From Delftia acidovorans NBRC 14950 (GTDB lineage Bacteria > Pseudomonadota > Gammaproteobacteria > Burkholderiales > Burkholderiaceae_C): a stretch of 32,000 nucleotides of DNA. A model generated the notes under the pieces. The model ran no database searches, had not been told where the DNA came from, and saw nothing but the letters and a program-made list of their open reading frames with translations. Shown one piece after another: positions 16,098-23,443 of this stretch; within the stretch, counting starts at the first letter, position 1; every line of letters begins with the position of its first letter. The stretch spans positions 1 through 32,000 of the forward strand of contig NZ_BCZP01000024.1 of assembly GCF_001598795.1 (NCBI RefSeq), in the 5' to 3' direction. Made by a program: the position numbers and the translations under genes.

Positions 16098-16452
16098 CCC
16101 ATTATGACCGAGCAGCCTTCGATTTCGGAGGCGCTGCTTGTTTGGATGTTGTGCGGTTGCGCCAATTGCAACCGACGAATAGCTGGCGATAATTGCAGCT
16201 AATAATCAGCCTACCGGTGGGGAGTGAATTTGATTGCGCCTGTAGCAGGCATCCTGAGTGGATGCTCAATGACTGCTCCTGGCCGATCTTCGAGGCTCGC
16301 TGCTGCTCCCAGAGCTAGGACGCCAGCCTCGTAGAGACTGTTAGGCGTGTTCCAGCAGCTTAAACGGCCGCATGACGGACGGTGTGAGTCTCGGCCCCTG
16401 TGCTATGACCAAAAACTGTCCAGAATACGCAGCAATAGGGTGAAAAAGGCAA

Positions 16453-16712
16453 GATTTCGAAAACACCGGAAGCGTGGCTATCGCTGCAAGTTGTTAATCG
16501 GAAAGGTGTTTTCTCTCATGCCTATTTCGGTGGATCGGACTTTTAATCCGTTGGTTGCGGCTCCCTGGGCAGGTTGTATTCCCAGACGGGTCTATGCGCC
16601 TTTCTGTTCAAAGGCTTCCGGGCTTGGTAGGGCCTCCATCACCGGTCGGTACATGCAGACACCCGGATCTACGCACCATTAGAAGCACAACTGAGCCAGC
16701 GATGCTGCAAAG
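16453..16712 (+). repeat. Copy 1 of a ~255-bp diverged direct repeat, possibly a structured RNA, containing a tRNA-Lys-like anticodon arm
   Basis: Aligns with 23140-23392 in the same orientation. Conserved blocks are GATTTCGAAAAYAC, GCGTGGCTATCGCTGCA, ATTTCGGTGGATCGGACTTTTAATCYGTTGG (30/31 identical), TCAAAGGCTTC and GAAGCACA. Between blocks, different sequences form hairpins at equivalent places. A possible closing helix ATCGCTG (16480-16486)/CAGCGAT (16697-16703) is kept in copy 2 with a G-U. Confidence 0.55.
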
Positions 16713-17702
16713 TTGCTACGGAGGGTCGGGGGTATTCCTCTAAGTTGCTGTCAGATAATGATTTTCTTCAAATATCAATCCAGTCCATCATGGGCGCAAC
16801 GGACATGCGCCACATGCTGGCAGGTGCTTGATTTTCTACGTTTTTCATTGATCTGATTGGGTTTTTTGCTCTGGCGGCTGCTCTTGGTTTTACGCCGTGG
16901 AACCCCGCTTTTCCTATTGTTCCAGCTCTGGGTGCTACAGATTGGGCTTGTGGCGTGCAATAGGAGCCATCACTGCACGCAAGTCGAAAGGTTCTGACCA
17001 GCGAATGGTTGCACCGGCGGGGGTACGAGCTGCAGCAGGGGCGTGCTTCAGGCCGGGCTCTGCACAAGAAGGTCTCAGTGGGGAGCTGCCGCGGAATTAT
17101 GTCAGCGCGGCCGAAAACGTGACTGAGTGGGGTCGTAGCAAAAGGTGGACTTCGCGCCGGCCGGCCTCCGGCCTGGCCCGGCTTCAAGCGGCCAGGCCCA
17201 TGAGTGGCGCGACGAAGGCCAATGGAAGAGCACCGTGGCGGCTGCTCGGGTAGCCAGCAGGAAGGTGTTGATGCAGACCGGGACTGTCAAGGCAGCCAGC
17301 AGTCTGCCTATCCCGGCCACCAAGGCGAGTAGCGAGGCGGCTGCAGGTGCGGTTACAGGTGCGGTTACAGGGCAGCACCTGATCGGCCGCGAGACCGGCG
17401 CGGATCTTCGAATACGTGAGCCTGAGTTGCAGGCCTTGCATGCCTGGCACGCAAGCATAGTGGTGCTTGCAAAAGCCGGAGGCATTCCAGCATCAAACTC
17501 CAGCATGCACATTACTCACATATCGCGTCCAGCTTGCTTCTGGATAGTTTGAGTTTTGGAAAAAAGAAGTGCGTTAGATAAATTTGATCTTCAGTCATTG
17601 CGGATTGTTGAAAAAATTCTATTTTTCCGGATGCATTTTGTGGCAAGTTCTACATGTGCTTTGAGCATTGCATCATGTATTTAACCAGTTGAGGCAAATT
17701 GA

Positions 17703-19010
17703 ATGAATGACATGAGGAAACAAGACTCATTCTCGCCCCAATCGCGCTTGCAAGCATTGCTGGCGGACCCTGGGATGGAGGATTTTTCAGGGTTAAACCT
17801 ATTGCTTGAGCAAGCCGGGTATGAACTGAGTTGGGTGGCGAGCGAATCTGATGTGCAGAATTTGCTCGAAAGGAAGCATGTTGATTTGCTTATATGCAAC
17901 ACGCGGCTGCTTGACGTGGACGACGGAAGGTGGATGGAAGAATTGATTGTCCAATCGTGCAATATTTCCGTGATTATTTTGGATGAAGGCGGGAGAGGGA
18001 ACGCTAGGGGAGGTATTGGGCGTTTATTGGGATTGTGCCGTCATATTATCAGCCCATGGGATAGCGATCAATTTTTGGCGACTATTGAACAGTTGAATGA
18101 GCAAAGGATTTCACGCCACGAAAATATTCGCCTCGAACAGAGAAATCGGACGCTGGTGAAAGAGTTGAGTGAACTCAGTTCGAAGCTGGAGAATGCTGCG
18201 CACGAGCATGACGACGAGCTTCTGGAAGCACATAGAAAGCTCAAGAGGAGTTTCGTGGCGACAATCCGGATGTTCTCGAATCTTCTGGAGTGGCGAGGAG
18301 GGGCGCTTGCCGGCCATTCTCGACGCGTGGCCGACCTGACTCGGCGAACGGCAAATATCATGCAGCTTGACGAAGGTGAGCAGCAAAATGCCTTTGTCGC
18401 TGCGTTGATTCATGATATTGCACACATAACGCTGCCCGACGGGTTGTTGAATAAATCAGTGACCAGCTTAAGCCATGAAGAGCTGGAGAAATATCGAACC
18501 CACTCCAGCTTGGGAGAACAACTGCTCCTGTCAATAGATGACGCACATGGGGTTGCCACTTTGGTCAGAGGCCATCATGAACGTTTCGATGGCGCAGGTT
18601 ACCCGGATGGGCTGAAAGGGGGAAATATTCCAGTAGGTGCGCGAATAATCGCAGTCGCAGATTGTTATGATGACCTGACAATAGGACATTTGAACGGTAA
18701 ATCTCTCACTCCGGCAGAGGCAAGAACCATAATATCCCATGGCAGGGGTACGCAATTCGACCCTGAGGTAGTCGATGCATTCTTGCAGATTCTGCTGCAG
18801 GCAACGCCCGCTGTTGATCCTGCACCATTTTATATTCGCTGTTCAGATCTCAAGCCTGGAATGGTCTTGGCCCAGGATTTTATGTCTGGAGAGGGTTTGG
18901 TTTTACTCACTGCAGGTCGGGTTTTGACTGAGGAGTTGATTCACAGAATACAACTACGTGTTCATCTTGGACGCAAGTTGCCGGTTCGTGCCATGACGGT
19001 GGCCGCATGA
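17703..19010 (+). CDS. HD-GYP domain protein (putative c-di-GMP phosphodiesterase) with a degenerate receiver-like N-terminus
   Basis: 435-aa ORF with GAGG 9 nt upstream of the ATG. HD motif HDIAH (18411-18425) and GHHERFDGAGYPDGL (from 18570). The N-terminal CheY-like segment lacks the acidic pocket and phospho-acceptor Asp (ADPG...; DLLICNTRL). About 45% GC. Confidence 0.85.
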   Translation: MNDMRKQDSFSPQSRLQALLADPGMEDFSGLNLLLEQAGYELSWVASESDVQNLLERKHVDLLICNTRLLDVDDGRWMEELIVQSCNISVIILDEGGRGNARGGIGRLLGLCRHIISPWDSDQFLATIEQLNEQRISRHENIRLEQRNRTLVKELSELSSKLENAAHEHDDELLEAHRKLKRSFVATIRMFSNLLEWRGGALAGHSRRVADLTRRTANIMQLDEGEQQNAFVAALIHDIAHITLPDGLLNKSVTSLSHEELEKYRTHSSLGEQLLLSIDDAHGVATLVRGHHERFDGAGYPDGLKGGNIPVGARIIAVADCYDDLTIGHLNGKSLTPAEARTIISHGRGTQFDPEVVDAFLQILLQATPAVDPAPFYIRCSDLKPGMVLAQDFMSGEGLVLLTAGRVLTEELIHRIQLRVHLGRKLPVRAMTVAA

Positions 19011-19147
19011 TGCGGGTTTTTCTCATAAAACGTCTTTATTGAATCCTATGAATTCCTGGGCTAAAGGGGAATATCGAAGATTGGTCTGGATGCTCCGATG
19101 TGGAAACTGTCCTTGTTACGAAATGTTGACGCAAATAAGTCCATTTA

Positions 19148-19381
19148 TCAGGGTTTCTTTGCCTTGAAGAACTTCAGCAGAATTTCGCCATTCAACGCGA
19201 CTGCTTGATTTTTCAATATATCTGCTATATGTGATGGAGGCGCTTCTGTTGAATAGAGCTTGTTGTCGCTCACTCGATATAAGATCCTGGTGGCGCCCAT
19301 GATGAATTCGTCTCCTTCGATATGGCCTACATACCTGCCATTTTTTGTGTAGGCTTTCCACCATCCGCCTTCAATCATCAT
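19148..19381 (-). CDS. Hypothetical small protein (77 aa: MMIEGGWWKAYTKNGRYVGHIEGDEFIMGATRILYRVSDNKLYSTE...)
   Basis: Clean ORF in a low-GC stretch with natural-looking composition and a weak SD (GAGA). No family recognised. Confidence 0.5.
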   Translation of the reverse strand: MMIEGGWWKAYTKNGRYVGHIEGDEFIMGATRILYRVSDNKLYSTEAPPSHIADILKNQAVALNGEILLKFFKAKKP

Positions 19382-19859
19382 ATGTCTCTTTCAGTTGGGG
19401 ATTTTATCATTGGGGCTCATTGTGTTTTTGAGCGCAACCAGATTCTATGTTGATGATTATTCTTTTGTGCAGGCGAGACAAAAATTGACAGAGTTTGGAA
19501 ACCATTCATTTATTTGATAATGAGTTTTCAAAATCAGCCCATGGCGTGAGTTGTGGTGCCATCGATATCCAGGAAGAGGGCGACGACGATACGGACACCT
19601 CTTGCACCACCAAGGGCAAAGCCGGACACCAGCATGCCTGCCGGGCCCGCGGCCACCGCCGCTGCGACGGTACGCCTCCTGAACCAAGAAGTGCAAAACG
19701 TGTTTGTAAAAACAGAAGTGATAGTTTGCATGCTAAATGCAACCGACTTCTTGATAAGTTTCTTTAATGAAGTGCGTTTTGTTTCAGTTGACAATGTTTG
19801 ATACTTTTTTGAGTCGGATCCACGTCAGGTGGGTCTCGGCCTTACCGGAGCCTCCCCTG

Positions 19860-20582
19860 ATGAATTTTTCAATTTCCCGCTGGCTGAGCGCAGCAGGTGT
19901 TGCGCTTTTACTGTGCTCCAACGCCGCAGCTCAGTGGTCCTACCCTCCAGGTAGTTCCTTGGTCGTTCCCCCTGGCGGTTCTGTTGACCTGTCCTGCTCC
20001 TCGTTGGACATGCAAGGGACCCTGGATCTCGGGGGGGCGCTGACTGTGGATTCTTCAGCAACCTTTGGAAGCACGGCAGCCATCACCAGCAGCGGCGGAA
20101 CGCTGTCCGTGGGCGGTGACCTGCACATCAATGGGTCGCTGAATGCAGGGAACAACACGATAGAGCTGCGCGATGGGTGCGACCCAGGCAACACGAGCCA
20201 GCTGAGCGGAACACTCGTGGTGCAGAACCTGACCATCAAGAGCACGAGTGGGCGCACTTTCGTTCTTCCCGTCGGGGCCAACATTACCGTGCTCGGCACT
20301 CTGACCATTGAGGGCGTGCCTGGCCAGCCGGTGGTACTGCAGGCGGCCAGCGGCACGGCCGTCATCAACCTTGGCCCTGGAGCGACGGTAGTGCGTGGCA
20401 ATGCCACCGTGCCAGCGAATGTGCAGATCGGCGCGCCGGTTTCCACAGCCGCCATTCCGACCTTGAGCGAGTACGGGCTGATGCTTCTTTCCCTGCTGAT
20501 GTCCATCGCTGTTTGGGTGCAGCGCAAGCGGTCGTCGGCTCCACGGCGCGATGCACGCGCAATCTGCAAGACATCTTTTTGA
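19860..20582 (+). CDS. Secreted repeat-rich (beta-helix-like) protein with an IPTL-CTERM sorting signal
   Basis: ATG 19860 has GGAG ~10 nt upstream (the ORF track opens at 19767). Signal peptide MNFSISRWLSAAGVALLLCSNAAAQ. C-terminus IPTLSEYGLMLLSLLMSIAVWVQRKR (IPTL at 20454-20465) gives motif, TM helix and basic cluster, as in the IPTL-CTERM family. Confidence 0.8.
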   Translation: MNFSISRWLSAAGVALLLCSNAAAQWSYPPGSSLVVPPGGSVDLSCSSLDMQGTLDLGGALTVDSSATFGSTAAITSSGGTLSVGGDLHINGSLNAGNNTIELRDGCDPGNTSQLSGTLVVQNLTIKSTSGRTFVLPVGANITVLGTLTIEGVPGQPVVLQAASGTAVINLGPGATVVRGNATVPANVQIGAPVSTAAIPTLSEYGLMLLSLLMSIAVWVQRKRSSAPRRDARAICKTSF

Positions 20583-20603
20583 ACCTTTGCGATTTCCTGA
20601 ATC

Positions 20604-21749
20604 ATGCGAAAAAAACCAACTGCTGCGTCTCCCTGGCTGATCCTCACTCTCTCCTCCGTTGCAGCGCTGCATGCGGCGGGCGCCTTGGCGGCTGACATCA
20701 CTCTCACGCCTCCTGCCGGTGGCGGGTTTGTGATCAAGAACCAGGCTGGGCAGGAACGCCTGCGCGTCCAGGACACCGGCCAGGTTCTGCTCCCTGCGCT
20801 GCCGTCAACATCGGCCTCCGGCACCCATGTGACTTGCCATGACGGCGCTGGGCAGCTCATGCCCTGCGCGGCAGGCGTGGGCGCAGGAGCGACGGGGGCC
20901 ACTGGTCCTGCGGGAGCTGCAGGAGCTGTCGGTCCTACCGGGCCTACCGGCGCAGGTACGCCTGGAGCGACCGGCGTGGCAGGTCCCATGGGTCCTACGG
21001 GGGTTACAGGGGCAGTCGGCCCTGCCGGCCCCACTGGCGCCGGCATACCAGGAGCCACCGGTGCGACAGGCCCCACAGGTGCGACGGGTGCAACCGGAGC
21101 GACCGGCCCCACCGGATCCACCGGGGCGCAGGGCCTTCAAGGAATCCAAGGCGTGCAGGGCGCTCCGGGTTCGACTGGAGGCGTTGGGCCGGTTGGCCCC
21201 ACGGGGTCCCAAGGGGCACAGGGCGCTCAAGGCAATCAAGGTATTCAGGGAATTCCCGGTCCCACTGGCGCCACCGGCGCGACGGGTCCTGCTGGCAGCG
21301 GCGGGGTGCAATTGGTGGACGGTGCCAACAACGTTCTTGGAAAGGTCTTGAGCGCAACTCGCAGCAGCATCACGATCGTGACCAGTACAGGACATTTGCT
21401 TGTGATGTCGTGGGACGGCACAGTCCCCAACGGCCAAATCTACTACCAAGGCAGTGGCGGCAATCTCTGCTCAGGTACAGCCTTCCTCAATTCGGGGAAC
21501 TCCACACCCGCATCTATCTATGCGAAGACGCTGGTGTGGTCCGGTTCGCTGGCATCGTTCATGGTTCCGGCTTCTGCACCGCAGTCCAATGGAACCGTGC
21601 TGTCTGCGGCCATGAGCGGCATCACTGGCATCGACAATCCGGCCTGCGGACCCTCCAGCAGCACCCAGCATGCCTGGCAGTTGCAGACCATCACCCCCGC
21701 ACTTGTGGGGCTACCGGCGACGATCACGTCCCCGCTGGTCTTCCAGTAG
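20604..21749 (+). CDS. Secreted collagen-like (Gly-X-Y) triple-helix repeat protein, paralog 1
   Basis: 381-aa ORF with signal peptide (...AAGALA|AD). N-terminal module [32 protein letters not shown]. About 143 aa of G-X-Y triplets with two short interruptions. Distinct ~150-aa C-terminal domain. Confidence 0.85.
   Translation: MRKKPTAASPWLILTLSSVAALHAAGALAADITLTPPAGGGFVIKNQAGQERLRVQDTGQVLLPALPSTSASGTHVTCHDGAGQLMPCAAGVGAGATGATGPAGAAGAVGPTGPTGAGTPGATGVAGPMGPTGVTGAVGPAGPTGAGIPGATGATGPTGATGATGATGPTGSTGAQGLQGIQGVQGAPGSTGGVGPVGPTGSQGAQGAQGNQGIQGIPGPTGATGATGPAGSGGVQLVDGANNVLGKVLSATRSSITIVTSTGHLLVMSWDGTVPNGQIYYQGSGGNLCSGTAFLNSGNSTPASIYAKTLVWSGSLASFMVPASAPQSNGTVLSAAMSGITGIDNPACGPSSSTQHAWQLQTITPALVGLPATITSPLVFQ
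20874..21306 (+). repeat. Coding Gly-X-Y (9-bp periodic GGN-NNN-NNN) low-complexity repeat within collagen-like gene 1
   Basis: [22 protein letters not shown]...[22 protein letters not shown]. It produces long spurious ORFs in other frames and on the opposite strand. Confidence 0.9.
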
Positions 21750-21761
21750 TACGCAGCTGTA

Positions 21762-21784
21762 TGAGCAGCTTGCTGAAAGCTGCT
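21762..21784 (+). terminator. 9-bp hairpin (GAGCAGCTT-gctga-AAGCTGCTC) just after collagen-like gene 1; no U-tract
   Basis: Perfect stem 13 nt downstream of the stop. Without a T-run, the terminator assignment is weak. Confidence 0.3.
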
Positions 21785-21911
21785 CGTGGCTCTACTCCCG
21801 TCCCGTTGATGGGCTTGAATGAGCCCGCGGTTCTATGTGAAGGATATGGCGGCAAAACCAAGCCGGCGTTGGCCGGCGCTCCGCAACGCCGATGACACAA
21901 CATTCACGACC

Positions 21912-22847
21912 ATGAAAACCATGAAATTTACGCTGCGCTCTGTTTCCTTTGCCGTAGCCATTGTTTTGAGTGGTGCTTCGATGGCGGCTCCTGGCGGCGC
22001 CGACATCACCATCACACCGCCGGCCAATGGTGGATTCGTCATCAAGAACAATGCAGGCAATGCAGAGCGGTTCCGGGTAATGGAAACAGGCGATGTATAT
22101 CTGCCCAACCTGTCCAATACAACGGAGGCTGGCAGCGTGGCCTGCTATGACGACGCGACGGGGCGACTGGGCAAGTGCGCAGCAGGCGCGATTGTGGGGA
22201 ACCCGGGTCCGACGGGAGCAACCGGAGCGACCGGTGCAACAGGGCCGGCAGGCGCGACCGGCGCGACCGGCCAGGCAGGCCCGGCGGGACCCACAGGTCC
22301 GACTGGCGTTCAAGGCCCAGCGGGCCAGACAGGCGCTCAAGGCCCCATTGGTGCCACGGGCCTTCAAGGTCCGACGGGGGCGCAGGGTGATATTGGCTTG
22401 TCTGGTCCCACAGGCCCCACCGGACCAGCAGGGGCTGGAGGAACTACTGCCACCTCAATGGCTGCTCACAATACAAGCGGTGCCGTAATAGCTGTGGTTC
22501 TCGGTGGGACCGATATTCCATTGCCTCAGTCGCAGAATCTCTCTGGATTCATGGTTAATGGTTTAAATACGATGTTTACTGTCCCTTCGAGTGGCAGGTA
22601 TAGGGTTAAATATTCTATTAAAACTAATGCCAATATGCTTGTTTCAGCAAGGGTTTTGTTGAATGGTACGCCAGTTGCGGCGCTTACAGAGAATACAACG
22701 ATCAGCGTTTCAAGGTTCGATGGTGAATCAATTTTGGCTTTGGCTGCCGGCGATACACTGAGGGTTCAATTCTTTGATATGCTTGGGGTGGTGACTTTGC
22801 AGTCAGGTAGCGGTGCTGCTCTAATCGCGGAAAAATTAAGCGATTAG
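21912..22847 (+). CDS. Secreted collagen-like protein, paralog 2, with a C1q/BclA-C-terminal-like globular head
   Basis: Starts at ATG 21912 or 21921 ([25 protein letters not shown]). The N-terminal module [33 protein letters not shown] is homologous to paralog 1. 82 aa of uninterrupted G-X-Y. The C-terminal beta-rich domain (...[30 protein letters not shown]...AGDTLRVQF) recalls C1q/TNF-like BclA heads, from memory. Confidence 0.8.
   Translation: MKTMKFTLRSVSFAVAIVLSGASMAAPGGADITITPPANGGFVIKNNAGNAERFRVMETGDVYLPNLSNTTEAGSVACYDDATGRLGKCAAGAIVGNPGPTGATGATGATGPAGATGATGQAGPAGPTGPTGVQGPAGQTGAQGPIGATGLQGPTGAQGDIGLSGPTGPTGPAGAGGTTATSMAAHNTSGAVIAVVLGGTDIPLPQSQNLSGFMVNGLNTMFTVPSSGRYRVKYSIKTNANMLVSARVLLNGTPVAALTENTTISVSRFDGESILALAAGDTLRVQFFDMLGVVTLQSGSGAALIAEKLSD
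22197..22442 (+). repeat. Coding Gly-X-Y repeat within collagen-like gene 2
   Basis: [40 protein letters not shown]...[13 protein letters not shown]. Confidence 0.9.
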
Positions 22848-22864
22848 CATATTTGGATTTTCAT

Positions 22865-22896
22865 AAAGCGAGATGTATATCTCGCTTTATTTTTTG
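22865..22896 (+). terminator. Rho-independent terminator after collagen-like gene 2
   Basis: Perfect 10-bp stem AAAGCGAGAT / ATCTCGCTTT with loop GTAT, followed by ATTTTTTG. It lies 18 nt after the stop codon. Confidence 0.8.
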
Positions 22897-23139
22897 TTGT
22901 GTGGATTTGTGGCCTAAGGAATAGTATTTTTGATAAAAAAATGCCAGAGAGAGGAAATGGCCTGCGGGTATCTGAGGAAAGATGAAGTGGTGAAATAGAT
23001 GTGTCCCGGGTTCGGGTCTATACATTTCTACCGAGGGCTTGCAGAAGAGCTTTCCAACGCTGAGTGCAAGACTACCAACCAGACCATCCACTTTGACAAA
23101 AATCTGTCCAAAGTAGGTAGAAGTCGAGGGCAAATGCAT

Positions 23140-23392
23140 GATTTCGAAAATACTAGAGGCGTGGCTATCGCTGCAGTTTGTTGATTGTAAAATCTTTCTC
23201 TCTTATGCATATTTCGGTGGATCGGACTTTTAATCTGTTGGACGCGATCCCATAGGTAGGGGATATTCGAAAGTGATTCGATGTGTCCTTCTGCTCAAAG
23301 GCTTCTGAGCTAGGCAGAGGTCTACCCCGATAGGTGAGCATATGAAGACAGCCCGAAGCACAGTTAGGAGCGCAACTTAGCGATGGGTGCAG
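23140..23392 (+). repeat. Copy 2 of the ~255-bp diverged direct repeat (possible structured RNA)
   Basis: See copy 1. Core ATTTCGGTGGATCGGACTTTTAATCTGTTGG at 23211-23241. Closing helix candidate ATCGCTG (23167-23173)/TAGCGAT (23378-23384). Offset from copy 1 is 6,687 bp. Confidence 0.55.
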
Positions 23393-23443
23393 CAGCCGTG
23401 GCCTGTCCGGGGCTGGCCGGATTGGGTCATGGTGCAAAGCCGC

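Noticed and set aside
16474-16490. Sigma54-like promoter (TGGC...TGCA) in the conserved GCGTGGCTATCGCTGCA block of both repeat copies.
   Set aside because: The GG-to-GC spacing is 10 nt instead of the required 12, so it does not fit the -24/-12 consensus.
16500-16610. A complete tRNA-Lys gene (or a long-variable-arm tRNA) around the CUUUUAA loop.
   Set aside because: No acceptor stem, D arm or canonical T arm (GGTTCGAATCC-type) could be drawn in either copy. Only the anticodon arm and part of the variable region are tRNA-like.
16590-16680. Resemblance of CAAAGGCTTCCGGGC...CCGGTCGGTA to the c-di-GMP-I (GEMM) riboswitch, tempting given the downstream HD-GYP gene.
   Set aside because: Only short word matches are present. 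The tetraloop/receptor and P1 elements are not recognisable, and the HD-GYP gene starts ~1 kb further on.
16347-16682. 111-aa ORF overlapping repeat copy 1.
   Set aside because: The corresponding frame in copy 2 stops after 16 codons. Differences between copies are not biased to synonymous sites, and the translation is basic and low-complexity.
16453-16712. Retron msr/msd or IscB/TnpB omega-RNA interpretation of the repeat element.
   Set aside because: There is no reverse transcriptase, IscB or TnpB ORF adjacent to either copy.
19534-19794. 86-aa minus-strand ORF (possible 65-aa Gly/Ala-rich membrane peptide MQTITSVF...GMLVSGFALGGARGVRIVVALF...) upstream of the IPTL-CTERM gene.
   Set aside because: It has no RBS, sits on a small GC-rich patch with several overlapping ORFs on both strands, and cannot be distinguished from noise by eye. 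It remains an open possibility only.
19940-21121. 393-aa minus-strand ORF and several other ORFs overlapping the collagen-like genes.
   Set aside because: They are artefacts of the GGN-periodic Gly-X-Y coding repeat, which is stop-free in several frames. The plus-strand frames have signal peptides and coherent domain structure.
20874-22442. Periodic short repeats that could be mistaken for a CRISPR-like or tandem-repeat array.
   Set aside because: The period is 9 bp, it lies in frame within Gly-X-Y coding sequence, and there is no repeat/spacer architecture.
22861-23210. Short ORFs (92, 61 and 60 aa) between the collagen-gene terminator and repeat copy 2.
   Set aside because: They lie in AT-rich intergenic DNA, have no RBS or recognisable features, and overlap one another.
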